A DNA stretch of 64,000 bases from positions 1-64,000 of the IMG/VR virus record IMGVR_UViG_3300029288_000081; one strand, given 5' to 3'. Shown here piece after piece: positions 18,122 to 28,062 of the stretch (positions within the stretch are counted from its first letter, which is position 1; the number at the start of each line of letters is the position of its first letter). The DNA is from a virus. Lineage: Duplodnaviria > Caudoviricetes. The position numbers were made by a program, and so were the translations under genes. Under the pieces are notes generated by a model. It made no database searches. It was not told the DNA's origin and saw only the letters and a list, made by a program, of their open reading frames with translations.

Positions 18122-18805
18122 GTGAACACTGAAGACGAGCATTCCTGGACCAGCGGCGGCATCTTCGGAACTTCGGTCGATGACGCGGTCGATGTGCTGG
18201 ACGAGCTGGACGAGGCTCCGTACCCGGATGGCAACGGCGGATTTCGGTCTGGGCCTGGGCCTGGCAACGTACTTGGGGCCCGAGATGTGGTCTCGCAGCG
18301 GAAGATGGATCGCGCCAGGCGTGCCAAGATGCTGCTCGTCGAGCGGTTCATCGACGAGCTTCCGGACGTGCGCGACAAGTTCGTCAGCGGCGACGTGACC
18401 GAGATGATCAGGGGCAAGATTATAGACCTTCTCGCGCCGCCCGAGAACTTCAACTGGGGAAGCGAACGGCGCATGCACATTCGAGCAGCTCTCCGCTACT
18501 TCGTTCGAGAGATCGCGGTTGATGTGACCGGAGAGGCGTTCCTGCGCGCCTATCAGAAAGATGTCCAGCGGGCGCAGGCCGCTGTGAGACTCGGGGCCTT
18601 CAGTCCCGAAGACTGGGCCGCCATGCAGACGCAGAAGGTCCTGGAGGCACCGTCGAACGTGGTCGTGGCCATCATGAACGGCGCGACGATGCTCGTGGAG
18701 CGCACCAAGCGTGTCGTGAAGGCGATGACCGAGCCGCTGGACAAGCCTGCTCCGACGGTGCCAACGGTCGAGGCCGTGCCGAAGTACGACGAGGATGCGC
18801 TGTGA
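18122..18805 (+). CDS. hypothetical protein
   Basis: 227-aa ORF after promoter. Confidence 0.7.
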   Translation: MNTEDEHSWTSGGIFGTSVDDAVDVLDELDEAPYPDGNGGFRSGPGPGNVLGARDVVSQRKMDRARRAKMLLVERFIDELPDVRDKFVSGDVTEMIRGKIIDLLAPPENFNWGSERRMHIRAALRYFVREIAVDVTGEAFLRAYQKDVQRAQAAVRLGAFSPEDWAAMQTQKVLEAPSNVVVAIMNGATMLVERTKRVVKAMTEPLDKPAPTVPTVEAVPKYDEDAL

Positions 18806-19134
18806 CGCGTCTCAAGCTCCGAGAGCGGAAGTTCGGGCTCCTCTGGTTCGGGGAGCACGTCCAGGACCGCTGGAACATCACCGACCCCGAGTCCGAGCGG
18901 CTGAGAGAGGCGTGCCGTCGGCTGCGGCCAGATGGTCCGTCTACGAACGGCGGCGAGTGGCCTGAGCGTACACCAGAGGAGCGTCAGCGTGACGACGACA
19001 TCTACGTCTTGCTCCGCGTCGTCGAAGACTATCAGCACCTGACTACCTACGTGCTGGGCATCGAGCACATCATCAAGAAGCTGCGTGCCATCTGGCGCGC
19101 GGTCCGAGGAGGAAGCGATGGCCGAGTCGGATGA
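18802..19134 (+). CDS. hypothetical protein (EACRRLR)
   Basis: GTGA overlap. Confidence 0.6.
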   Translation: MTRLKLRERKFGLLWFGEHVQDRWNITDPESERLREACRRLRPDGPSTNGGEWPERTPEERQRDDDIYVLLRVVEDYQHLTTYVLGIEHIIKKLRAIWRAVRGGSDGRVG

Positions 19135-19447
19135 GCTGCGTCGCCTTGGTGACGCTGAGTGGGACCGCGGGAACAAGGAGATGGGCGCGCGGTATCACGA
19201 GCAGGCTAGGCGCGCAGCTGAGGTGGAGCGAGAACGCGAAGCGCGGAAGGCGTGGTCTGCCACCGTGAAGAGATGGGGACCGGTGTTTGCGCGGCACGGC
19301 TTCGACAAGAACGACATCGATTTCACCGACGTGAAGGTCGAGGCGATCGAGGCGATGGCGAAGGCGCTCCTGGCACTGGAGACGCCTACGCTTGTGGCAC
19401 TGGAAACGACCGAGCGAGAGAGGTGTGATGACGATTCCGAAGACTGA
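19118..19447 (+). CDS. hypothetical protein (DELRRLG)
   Basis: GGAGG RBS before ATG. Confidence 0.65.
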   Translation: MAESDELRRLGDAEWDRGNKEMGARYHEQARRAAEVEREREARKAWSATVKRWGPVFARHGFDKNDIDFTDVKVEAIEAMAKALLALETPTLVALETTERERCDDDSED

Positions 19448-19910
19448 ACTTCCGGACGTTCTCGTGGACGACCTGCATTACTTCCTTGAGAGGCTCGCGC
19501 TGAGCCCACAGCTTCTCGCTCACGAGGCCGAGGGGCTGATGGAGCGGCTGGAGGCGTACATGAAGCCTGATGATCTCAGGCACGTGGAGCCTCCCGATCC
19601 GCTCATCTCCTTCGACGACGACGTGAGCCGCGACCTCGCCGGCCACATCATGAAGAAGACCGGCGTTGCCCCGGTGGTGGCAGCCATGACGGACCAGAGC
19701 AGTGGGGCGGCGTTCCTCGTGTTGCGCTTCTGGATGCGCAACCCCGACGGCACAGTCGCCCGTCGCGACCTGGACCTCCGTGAGCGGCACTCCACCGAGG
19801 GTGTGAAGCATGCTCTCCGCGACGCGCTGCGCACGGTGCGTCTCGATCACGTCGGCTCCCCGTTCGAGACGCGTCCGAGCGATGACGAAGAAGAAGCATC
19901 GGGCTCTTGA
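19428..19910 (+). CDS. hypothetical protein
   Basis: GAGG RBS; co-oriented chain. Confidence 0.6.
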   Translation: MTIPKTELPDVLVDDLHYFLERLALSPQLLAHEAEGLMERLEAYMKPDDLRHVEPPDPLISFDDDVSRDLAGHIMKKTGVAPVVAAMTDQSSGAAFLVLRFWMRNPDGTVARRDLDLRERHSTEGVKHALRDALRTVRLDHVGSPFETRPSDDEEEASGS

Positions 19911-20175
19911 GGCCCTTCGCCGGCTGGGCGCCGAGCCGCCTCCGCCGGACCCGAACTACCGCTGTCAGCACAAGGGCAGCTTCTACGTCTACGGCCAGCG
20001 GTGCGACAAGCCGCCAGTGCGCCTGCGCGAGTGCTGGTGGGACAACCAGAAGCGTTGGTACTGCGTCGAGCACGATCCCGCTCGCATCTACCACGAGCAG
20101 CGCAACCGCAAGAAGCGCGAGGAAGAGAAGAGGCAGCGATGGAAGGCGATGGAGCGCGACAGGAAGCCAAGCTGA
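19882..20175 (+). CDS. small Zn-binding protein (EALRRLG)
   Basis: C...C...C...YCVEHDP. Confidence 0.65.
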   Translation: MTKKKHRALEALRRLGAEPPPPDPNYRCQHKGSFYVYGQRCDKPPVRLRECWWDNQKRWYCVEHDPARIYHEQRNRKKREEEKRQRWKAMERDRKPS

Positions 20176-20744
20176 GCAGGTGGGTCCGGACCGACCTGCC
20201 GGAACGGGTGCATTGGCTCACGCACCGTCATCGCGCGATCCTTGTTGGGTCCCAAGCTCGTCGCTACGCAAACGGACTGAAGCCCGACCCGAAGAAAGAC
20301 TGGGACCTGTTCGTTCCGTACAGTGCCTGGCGCGAAGCCGCGTTGAGCATCCCGAAGGACGCGCGCCCCAACGGGAATCGCGGATGGCGCTTCGAGAGCG
20401 ACGGCGCGTCGATCGATGTCTGGCCTGACGATCTGTGGCGCTTCTTCGAGGAGGCGACCTCCCTTCGCGGGAAGTCCGGGCCGCAGTTCGCTGTGGACCT
20501 CAGCGCCGGAATCATCTTCAAGGCGGAGCATGTGGCCTATGCGCCGGCAGAGCACGCCGTAGCCGGGGAGCTGAACATCGAGCACGAGATGCGGGAAATG
20601 GCCTGCGACTGCGCAGTCGCCCCGATGCACGTGCTGCTCGCGGCGTGGCGGGCGTTCCAGAAGCTAGACATGGACACGCAGGTGTTCGCCATCGAGGATG
20701 CGTGCCAGGAGGTCTATGACCTCGTCCAAGGGAGGACGCGATGA
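20001..20744 (+). CDS. nucleotidyltransferase-fold protein (start uncertain, probably near 20172)
   Basis: LVGSQAR...KDWDLFV...IDVW (GS...DxD...D). Confidence 0.55.
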   Translation: MRQAASAPARVLVGQPEALVLRRARSRSHLPRAAQPQEARGREEAAMEGDGARQEAKLSRWVRTDLPERVHWLTHRHRAILVGSQARRYANGLKPDPKKDWDLFVPYSAWREAALSIPKDARPNGNRGWRFESDGASIDVWPDDLWRFFEEATSLRGKSGPQFAVDLSAGIIFKAEHVAYAPAEHAVAGELNIEHEMREMACDCAVAPMHVLLAAWRAFQKLDMDTQVFAIEDACQEVYDLVQGRTR

Positions 20745-21424
20745 CATTCGCAGTCGGAGATCGGGTGGAGTGGGTGGACGTCGTGAACGACGGCTCGGGT
20801 TCATTGACGCCTGTCACGGTCACCGGCACCGTGAACTACATCCTCACTCCTGGCCAGTACAGCGTCTGTTGCGACCAGCCGGTCTACGGAGCGGTGCAGG
20901 GTCAGAAGTCGATCTCTGAGCGACAGCTCTCCAGGAGTACGCGCGACGTCAAGACCGAGACGCGGCTCACGAAGCTCGAAGCCGAGATGGTCGCGCTGCG
21001 GGAGCAGGTTGCATCCACCGCGGTCCCGAGCGCGGGCGGCCAGGGCGGGCACGCGTTCGAGAAGGCGCTGCTTGCCGAGGTCGAGCGCCTACGCGTGCAG
21101 CTTCGTGAGGTGAGCGCTGCGTTTGCGATGCTGCGGGAGGCAGCGGAGGGCATCTCACTCGTCATCGTGGACGACCTGCCGTGCATCCGCGGCGGTGGTG
21201 CCCTCGCGAGCGCCCTTGCAGCCACGCCCGCCGACCTTGCGATGCGCGACGCACGCCTCCAGGGCGAGGCGCTGCGAGAAGTGGAGCGACTGGTCGCGCA
21301 CAAGCGCCTGCACCTCTCCTCGGGGGACGACGCCCTTGCCGCGATGACTCTGCTCGGCATCCAGCTCCGCGCGATGGCCGATGAGATCGAAAAAGGGGGC
21401 GAGTGCCCGACCAGCAAGGAATGA
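20741..21424 (+). CDS. SH3-like N-domain + coiled-coil protein
   Basis: FAVGDRVEW; C-terminal segment shared with 23848-24897. Confidence 0.65.
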   Translation: MTFAVGDRVEWVDVVNDGSGSLTPVTVTGTVNYILTPGQYSVCCDQPVYGAVQGQKSISERQLSRSTRDVKTETRLTKLEAEMVALREQVASTAVPSAGGQGGHAFEKALLAEVERLRVQLREVSAAFAMLREAAEGISLVIVDDLPCIRGGGALASALAATPADLAMRDARLQGEALREVERLVAHKRLHLSSGDDALAAMTLLGIQLRAMADEIEKGGECPTSKE

Positions 21425-21663
21425 CCATCATGAACAGTGACCACCCCCTCTTCGTGTTCGAGCCACAGGCCGCATTCGCCGAGCTTGAAAATGCCTTCCA
21501 GGAGCTGGCAGACGCGCAGCGGGCGCTGGCCGACGCGGTGCGGCGAGAGCAGGCTGCTCTGACCCGCAAGACCAAGGCCGTGCAGGTGCTCCGTCACGAG
21601 ATTGCTCGGACGAAGAACTGGTGCGGCTTCTGCGGCATCAACTGCACGTCGGACCACAAGTAG
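21421..21663 (+). CDS. small coiled-coil protein with C-terminal Cys/His cluster
   Basis: CGFCGINCTSDH. Confidence 0.55.
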   Translation: MTIMNSDHPLFVFEPQAAFAELENAFQELADAQRALADAVRREQAALTRKTKAVQVLRHEIARTKNWCGFCGINCTSDHK

Positions 21664-21671
21664 GTAGCTGC

Positions 21672-21938
21672 ATGACTCGACGAAAGGCTCGCAGGGTGGC
21701 ACGTCAGCAGAACCGGCTTCGGAGGCTGCGTCGGCAGCACCCTGGTCGCGTGCGCGTGGTGAAGGCGGGAGAGTGGCGTGCTGTCAGGATGCGGTACATC
21801 CGTGGGCCGGAGCGTCGGCGTATGCTTCGACACTTCGGCCGCATGGCTGTCCGCGTTCGCGCTTACGTCGATGCCTTCGGGGTCATGGACTCTGTGTGGA
21901 GCATGATCAGCATGGCAGTCGCAGAGAGGCCCCGGTGA
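21672..21938 (+). CDS. small Arg-rich protein
   Basis: MTRRKARR...; fills the gap in the chain. Confidence 0.5.
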   Translation: MTRRKARRVARQQNRLRRLRRQHPGRVRVVKAGEWRAVRMRYIRGPERRRMLRHFGRMAVRVRAYVDAFGVMDSVWSMISMAVAERPR

Positions 21939-22474
21939 CCCACGACGCGCTGAGGCGGCTGGGCGTGTTCAGTGTGGGAGACCCGGTCGTATACCTCGGG
22001 CTGACCGACGGAGACGAAGCCAACGCCATCGTCATCGGCGTCCGCAACGACCTCGTTGAGATTCGCTACGACGACGATGGCGGCGACCTTGCAATCGTTA
22101 CCTGGCCACATCGACTTCGTCACCGGGAGCTGCGCAGCCACGATGATCATCAGTGTCGCATTCGAGAGGAAGCGCTGCGGCGGCTGCGGCCGGTCGGCGA
22201 GCTGTTCGGTCGCGGTGATATGGAGCGGTGGAGCTGGTACAGGCGTGACGATGATGACGACGGCGGACGCTTGGTGTTCTCCGCGTGGGACTCGGGCGCC
22301 AGCTCTATCTTCTCTGGCATGGAGAACACCGAGCTATTCACGAGGAGTGAGGCTGAGGCTCGACTGCTGATCATCACGCAAGACGCAGGCGTTCATTCGT
22401 ATGAGATCGAGGGGCTCCGCCGCGTGTTGAATCTTCGTCGCGCGCTGGAGACGACGCCGAAAGAGGAGCCGTGA
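21935..22474 (+). CDS. SH3-like protein with two ALRRL motifs
   Basis: MTHDALRRLGVFSVGD; later EEALRRLR. Confidence 0.7.
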   Translation: MTHDALRRLGVFSVGDPVVYLGLTDGDEANAIVIGVRNDLVEIRYDDDGGDLAIVTWPHRLRHRELRSHDDHQCRIREEALRRLRPVGELFGRGDMERWSWYRRDDDDDGGRLVFSAWDSGASSIFSGMENTELFTRSEAEARLLIITQDAGVHSYEIEGLRRVLNLRRALETTPKEEP

Positions 22475-22776
22475 CCCACGATGCGCTGAGGCGGCTCGGA
22501 GTGTTCAGCGTGGGCGACGAGGTGCTGTACCGGAGCGACGACGATGCCGACGATGAAGAGCCAGCGGTTGTCGTGGAGATGTACGAGCTGGGATCGTCGT
22601 ACATCCGAATCCGCTTCACGGCCTTCACGGGGCCATCCGGGAAGATCGAGCACCTCTGGACAAGGGCGGAGAACCTGCGTCACGTCTTTCCTCGCGACGC
22701 AGCTCCTGCTGGCGTGACCAACGATGCGGCTACGTGGCCCAGCGTGCCGAGCGCAGCAGTTAGGCGTGTGCGGTGA
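22471..22776 (+). CDS. SH3-like protein, N-terminus identical to the 21935 gene
   Basis: MTHDALRRLGVFSVGD; AGGAG RBS. Confidence 0.7.
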   Translation: MTHDALRRLGVFSVGDEVLYRSDDDADDEEPAVVVEMYELGSSYIRIRFTAFTGPSGKIEHLWTRAENLRHVFPRDAAPAGVTNDAATWPSVPSAAVRRVR

Positions 22777-23071
22777 GATGCGAGTCGTCGAGCCAGAGAA
22801 CAGAGTCGACCTCTTCGAGTTCGATCGACTCGGCCTCCAGCGTCTCGGCGCACCGTCGCGAGCACGCGTAGTAGAGGATGCGTTCGGTCGGCTCGCTGAC
22901 GCGAGTCCGCATGTTGCTCACCCGCAGGCGGATGGAGGCGGTCGGCTCGCCGACGTCCAGCCAGAGGCGGCGCAGGTAGACGGCCTCGGTCTTCAAGATC
23001 TTCGCACCGCAGCTCCCGCAGCGGACCGTTGGCACGCCGAGGCGGCCGAGCGCGTCGACCTTGGTCGTCAT
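22760..23071 (-). CDS. small Zn-finger protein (DALGRLG)
   Basis: CGSC...ACSRRC; GGAG RBS. Confidence 0.65.
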   Translation of the reverse strand: MTTKVDALGRLGVPTVRCGSCGAKILKTEAVYLRRLWLDVGEPTASIRLRVSNMRTRVSEPTERILYYACSRRCAETLEAESIELEEVDSVLWLDDSHLTAHA

Positions 23072-23715
23072 CTCTCCGGCTCCGGCAGCAGCGGGACGAC
23101 GTCGATGACCTCGCCGCCCATCCGCGCGACGATGCTCTCGATCGACTCGTTCGGGTCGTGCTTCTCTTCTGGGGCGCGCGGCGCGCGGCGCACGGGCTCG
23201 GCCCGCGCCGTGATGTTCGCGAGGTGGGCGTCCACGTCGCCAGGGTCCCTGGCATGCTTCTTCAGGTAGGCGACCGCACGCAGCAGACGCTCGACATCGT
23301 CCGTGAAACACCCGAGACCACGGTTGCATGCGCCGCACAGGAGTTCCCTCACGAGACCGTACCGATGATCATGGTCGACGTGTGCCTCATCTTTCTGCGG
23401 AACAGCTCCCACCGGCAGGGAGATAGGACGCAGACAGATGGCGCACGTCGACTTCTGGCGTGCGAGCTGCGCGTCCACCCAGTCCAGCGTGACCTTGTAG
23501 GTACGCAAGAGGTGGTACTTCCGGACGTTCTCTGATGTAGACAGGCTGCGCTTGTACGCTCGCCAGCAGTTGCGGCAGTAACTTGCCTTCGCGACGCGAA
23601 GTCTTCGCGGCCACGTCAGGCCGCATGTGCCCAGGCAGACAAACCGCGGTTCACCTGGGCCTGGAGCTTCGTGGGCAACGTGTGGAAGGTGGGGGCGACC
23701 TCTCCTCTTGGGCAT
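23068..23715 (-). CDS. recombination endonuclease VII-like nuclease
   Basis: Q...CAIC...HVDHDH.YGLVRELLCGACNRGLG.F.D....L.RAVAYL. Confidence 0.9.
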   Translation of the reverse strand: MPKRRGRPHLPHVAHEAPGPGEPRFVCLGTCGLTWPRRLRVAKASYCRNCWRAYKRSLSTSENVRKYHLLRTYKVTLDWVDAQLARQKSTCAICLRPISLPVGAVPQKDEAHVDHDHRYGLVRELLCGACNRGLGCFTDDVERLLRAVAYLKKHARDPGDVDAHLANITARAEPVRRAPRAPEEKHDPNESIESIVARMGGEVIDVVPLLPEPER

Positions 23716-23847
23716 GGATCTCACTGTAGTACCAAAAGTACCAAAATCAACTGGAGCGAATCTCTATTATGAGAAACAGGTTGACCCAGGATGAACCATC
23801 ACTATCATCTGGCCTGTCGAGCTGGGCGCCGACAACCGGAGAATCTG

Positions 23848-24897
23848 ATGACGGAAGAGAAGAGGAGCGACGAGGGCGTCGTGGAGCTGGCGGCCCAGGA
23901 GCGCCTGGAGCTGCTGCTGGTGGCCGCCGAGCGACCGGATACCCGCCTGCTGACCATGAACGTCCCGGCCTCCTGGATCGAACTGGGCCGGGCACCCTGG
24001 CTCATCCGCGAGGTCCTGGGCGAGCTGGGGTCCCGTCTTCGGAATGTGCAGGCGCAGCTTGCGCTGGGGGCCGAGGTTCACGTCGTGCGCCGCGCAGAGA
24101 CAGCGGAGGCGGCGCTCGATGACGTGCGCGTGCGCTGCGGCGGCTACCGTGACTCGCGGGTGGACGGCGACGGCGGGATCGTGGCCGTCGTCGTGCGCGA
24201 ACGCAACGACGCACAGGCCGCGCTCGCGGCGCTGCGGGAGGCGGTCGCTCCTCTGGTCGGGCATCACAAGGCCACCGGCATCCACGAGACGATCGACACA
24301 GGCGCCCAGCGTGAGAAGGTGCGCGCCGCCCTCGCAGCCACGTCCGCTGACCTCGCTACGCGCGACGCGCGCATCCGGACCGAGGTGCTGCGAGAGGCGG
24401 CAGCACGTATCGCGACTGTGCAAGGCGAGCCGACGAGCGACGTCGAGGCGTACCGACGCGAAGGCCGCGAGAGCGCGGCGGAGACCCTCTGCGAGATGGC
24501 CGACGAAGCCGAGCGGGGAGCCGAGCGGGGTGCGCGCTCGCGTGTCCTCGTGGTCACCGAGACCGAGACGACGACCGTGGAGCCGCTTGATGAGGAGGGC
24601 GCCCGCGCGCTGCTCGCCTACTGGCGGGAGCGCGGTTACATCGACGAGCCCGAGATGATCACGCTGCACCCGAGCATGCGTGCCCGGACTGTCTCGCGCG
24701 GACCGGAAGGCGAGCTGGTGATCGTGACACACGCCGCAGACGCTCCGGTGCCGATCACGCCGATCGGCATCGTCGCAGGCGACCTCGTGAGCTGGACGAC
24801 GACCTTCCCGGTTGTCATCCCGCCGAGCGAACACGCGTGGGACGTGCTGGCTGCTGGCGACGGTGTGCAGGTAACGCGCGCGAAGGTGGTGCGATGA
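23848..24897 (+). CDS. hypothetical multidomain protein
   Basis: GGAG RBS; shares a segment with the 20741 gene. Confidence 0.65.
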   Translation: MTEEKRSDEGVVELAAQERLELLLVAAERPDTRLLTMNVPASWIELGRAPWLIREVLGELGSRLRNVQAQLALGAEVHVVRRAETAEAALDDVRVRCGGYRDSRVDGDGGIVAVVVRERNDAQAALAALREAVAPLVGHHKATGIHETIDTGAQREKVRAALAATSADLATRDARIRTEVLREAAARIATVQGEPTSDVEAYRREGRESAAETLCEMADEAERGAERGARSRVLVVTETETTTVEPLDEEGARALLAYWRERGYIDEPEMITLHPSMRARTVSRGPEGELVIVTHAADAPVPITPIGIVAGDLVSWTTTFPVVIPPSEHAWDVLAAGDGVQVTRAKVVR

Positions 24898-25325
24898 CGA
24901 CGAAGAAAAAGACCCCCGGGACGTTCACCGTCAAGGAGATCCGCAAGTGGGCCGCGAAGGGAGCGTGCCTCGAAGATCGAGACGCACGCGTCCTCCTCAT
25001 CGCGCTCGACGAGGCCGAGAAGCAGATCGCCAGCCTGCGCCTCCAGGTGCGCCTCCAGTCCGAGAAGCTGGCGGCAGCGACGCAGCCGGCGCCCCGCCCC
25101 GCACACGGATGGCTCGTCACCGGACGCACCTACACGCTGCCGCGGATGGAGCCCCGCGCCATGGTGACCCTGCACGGGCCGGATCAGATCGTCCGCCGCA
25201 AGAGGCTGGCCGTTTACCAGGAGCTTGGCTCACTTCGTGGAGACATCTGGGAGATGCTGCGCGAAGCGTTGCGTAGCGCGGGCGCCGAGATCGACGAGCT
25301 GCCCAGGGAAGATGAGAAACGATGA
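24894..25325 (+). CDS. hypothetical protein
   Basis: ATGA overlaps. Confidence 0.6.
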   Translation: MTTKKKTPGTFTVKEIRKWAAKGACLEDRDARVLLIALDEAEKQIASLRLQVRLQSEKLAAATQPAPRPAHGWLVTGRTYTLPRMEPRAMVTLHGPDQIVRRKRLAVYQELGSLRGDIWEMLREALRSAGAEIDELPREDEKR

Positions 25326-26257
25326 CGAGCACCACACACGAAGCGCTGACGCTTCACAACAGCCCGAAGAAGGAACGCACCGTGACCACCGAACCCAAGC
25401 GCAGCAAGGCTTCCGCACCGCTCACCAAGCCCGACACCCGTGGCATCACCGCTGCCCACGGCAGCATCGAGAAGCTGGACATCACGCCCGAGTTCGCCGC
25501 CGAGCTTCTCGCCCGGCGTCATCCCCACCAGCGTCCCCTCAAGGAGCCCTACGTCCTCGCTCTCGCCCGTGCGATGGCCGAGGGACGCTGGCGCTGGACA
25601 GCCGACGCCATCCGCCTCGACAGGGACCTCTTCGTCATCGACGGCCAGCATCGCCTCTCCGCCATCGTGAAGAGCGGCCTGACGATGCGCGATGCCCTGA
25701 TCGCCACGGTCACCGGTGAGGACGTCATCCTCTCCATCGACCAGAACAGGCCGCGCACCCTCGGCGACATGCGCGCGACGCGCGGCGAGGCGCGCCTGCC
25801 GCGCACCGTCTCGGGGGCCATCGTCGCCGAGACGTGCGACTGGTCGCAGTGGCACGGCATGCCGCGCGAGCTTCAGCTCCGCACGATCGAGGAGTGCGAG
25901 TTCGTGGACGACCTGATGTCCCTGATCCGCGGCAAGAGCAAGGTCCACCTGAACGCGACGTTCACCGTGGGCTCCCTGTCGGGAGCGCTCCGCTGCATCC
26001 GCACCAACCGCGACGAGGCGATGAAGTTCTTCAACGCCGTCTTCTCCATGAACCCCGTCGTGGACGGCCAGGAAGTGGAGATGGTCCGCGTCCTCTACAC
26101 CTACCTCGCCGAGTCGAAGGGCGAGAGCTTCTCGTCCGAGCAGCGCACCATCGAGCACGCCTACAAGGCGGTGAGCGCGTACAACCACTGGAAGACGGGC
26201 AGCTCCATCAAGCGGCTCATGTGGAAGGGCGGCATGCCCCCGAAGGTCGTCGGATGA
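25322..26257 (+). CDS. ParB/Srx-like N-terminal domain protein
   Basis: ITPE.A..LL...QRPL...LARAM.EGRW...IDGQHRLSAIV. Confidence 0.85.
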   Translation: MTSTTHEALTLHNSPKKERTVTTEPKRSKASAPLTKPDTRGITAAHGSIEKLDITPEFAAELLARRHPHQRPLKEPYVLALARAMAEGRWRWTADAIRLDRDLFVIDGQHRLSAIVKSGLTMRDALIATVTGEDVILSIDQNRPRTLGDMRATRGEARLPRTVSGAIVAETCDWSQWHGMPRELQLRTIEECEFVDDLMSLIRGKSKVHLNATFTVGSLSGALRCIRTNRDEAMKFFNAVFSMNPVVDGQEVEMVRVLYTYLAESKGESFSSEQRTIEHAYKAVSAYNHWKTGSSIKRLMWKGGMPPKVVG

Positions 26258-26565
26258 CCCGGGTCGAAGGCGTTGTCGTTTTCGGCACCGTGCTGCTCAG
26301 CGCCCTTGCCAACGCTTTCTTCTTCGGACGCACTTCGGGCTACAACCAGATGCGCGAGCTGCGTGAGCAGCGGGTGAGCGAGCTGCGTGAGCAGCAGCGC
26401 CTGTGTCTTGCTCTGGTCGACGAGATGGCTGACCACATGGACTCGATGGTCACCATCCCTGACTGCGACTGCCCGGGGCCCGAGGAGTGCGACGTCGAGG
26501 CAACGTGCAACCGCGACGCGATGCGTTGTTGCCTCGCGCTCATCGATCAACAGGAGCGCCCATGA
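26254..26565 (+). CDS. membrane-anchored Cys-rich protein
   Basis: N-terminal hydrophobic helix, coiled coil, Cys cluster. Confidence 0.55.
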   Translation: MTRVEGVVVFGTVLLSALANAFFFGRTSGYNQMRELREQRVSELREQQRLCLALVDEMADHMDSMVTIPDCDCPGPEECDVEATCNRDAMRCCLALIDQQERP

Positions 26566-27098
26566 AGCTGGAAGAGGCACTGCGTGAGGCTGGCGACGGG
26601 TACGTTCGCCGTGCGGGGTGGCCCGTCTTCGAGGTGTCGCTGCGACGGCTCCGCGGCGCGAACGGCGGCATGACGGTGCCCGGGGCCGTCTTCGAGGACG
26701 CCTTGGGCAAGAGAGTGCTCTACGATGACGAGACGCTGGCCGGGGACGACTGGATGGTCGTCAGCCCGAAGGAGCCCGACAACATGAGCGACGACACCGG
26801 TCGCGTCGGTCGCGAGCGCCGTGCTCTGCGCCGCCTTCAGAACGAGCCGCCGTCGGAGTTCGAGCAGATCATCGACGCGCTCTACACGTGGCGCGAATAC
26901 ACCGGCCCCCAGGCTCGGGTGACCGATCTCATGCGCAGGCTGATCAACCAGAACCACAACGTGAGCGACACCGGTGCGCTGGCGGCGATCCGCGGCTACG
27001 TCAGGGAGGCGCGCACGGCGAAGATCGACGCGGCCATCGCCAAGCTGGGCCTCGATGAAGCGGAGCGCATCCTCGGCCTGAAAGAGAGCGACGAGTGA
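26562..27098 (+). CDS. hypothetical protein (RALRRLQ)
   Basis: MKLEEAL...VRRAGW...DDWMVV phage-type domain; AGGAG RBS. Confidence 0.65.
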   Translation: MKLEEALREAGDGYVRRAGWPVFEVSLRRLRGANGGMTVPGAVFEDALGKRVLYDDETLAGDDWMVVSPKEPDNMSDDTGRVGRERRALRRLQNEPPSEFEQIIDALYTWREYTGPQARVTDLMRRLINQNHNVSDTGALAAIRGYVREARTAKIDAAIAKLGLDEAERILGLKESDE

Positions 27099-27595
27099 CC
27101 GAGGTCGACACGAAGACCGAGGCGCTGCTTCGCCTGCGAGCCTCCGCGTCCGCTGCAAGCGGTCTCGTCGTGCTTCTCGGGTGGGACCTGAACGAGTTCA
27201 TCGACGCGATCCTCGAAGAGGCCGACATGAACGTGCTGCGCGACGTCCTGATGCTCCTGCCGCTCCAGAAGGTCGACCATCTCGAAACTGGTCGCGCAGA
27301 CAACGACTGCGCGCCTGGAGGCTTCACAGTGACCGAGATCGAAACGAAGAAGCTGACCGTCGTGTCCGTGCGACGCTACAAGGCCTGGTTCACGGCGGCG
27401 GCTCCCGTGCGCTCCATGTCCACGTCCGAACTGCTGGGCCTGTTCATGGACCTGCGAGTGACCCTGCTGACCTCGGGGCCGTGCATCTTGCACGTCTCCG
27501 ACGGCGAGTGGTGGAGCTTCAGCCGCATGGAGCGAGGCCGCGAGGTGGCCGACGAGATCGATCGTCGCATGCCTTCGCCGGAGGCTCCGCTGTGA
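27095..27595 (+). CDS. hypothetical protein (EALLRLR)
   Basis: GTGA overlaps. Confidence 0.6.
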   Translation: MTEVDTKTEALLRLRASASAASGLVVLLGWDLNEFIDAILEEADMNVLRDVLMLLPLQKVDHLETGRADNDCAPGGFTVTEIETKKLTVVSVRRYKAWFTAAAPVRSMSTSELLGLFMDLRVTLLTSGPCILHVSDGEWWSFSRMERGREVADEIDRRMPSPEAPL

Positions 27596-28062
27596 AGCTG
27601 TCCCTGCGTGCTGCCACATCCCGCGCCACCTACCTGGAGCGCAAGCTGTCCGGTGACGTGCAGCCTGCTCTCGTCGATGGCGACGATGACGAGCTGGAGG
27701 CCAGTCTCCACGAGCTTGGACACATCCTCGCCCTGCGAGGGTCGCTGCACACTGCTCTGTGCGGCGAACAGGTAACCGACGTCGACATCCTCATGAAAGA
27801 GATGGGCGTCCACGGGATCGCACGTGACGAGAACGAGGTCTCGGCGATCGCTATCGAGCTGCTCGCCTCCACCATGATCGGCCTCCCCATCGACAGCGCG
27901 AAGGTCATCGACTTCGCCTGGGGACACGGGAACGTCTCCTACTTCGTGTACAGGGACGTGTTCGAGGCACGCGTCGTCAGGCGCATGCAGAATGCTCGTT
28001 GCCGCAAGCTGGCCACCGAGCTTGCTCAGCACCTGGCCGCCCCGAAGACGAGGCGCCGATGA
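27592..28062 (+). CDS. HExxH protein (IrrE/ImmA-like metallopeptidase fold?)
   Basis: LHELGH ... ENEVSAIAIE. Confidence 0.55.
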   Translation: MKLSLRAATSRATYLERKLSGDVQPALVDGDDDELEASLHELGHILALRGSLHTALCGEQVTDVDILMKEMGVHGIARDENEVSAIAIELLASTMIGLPIDSAKVIDFAWGHGNVSYFVYRDVFEARVVRRMQNARCRKLATELAQHLAAPKTRRR

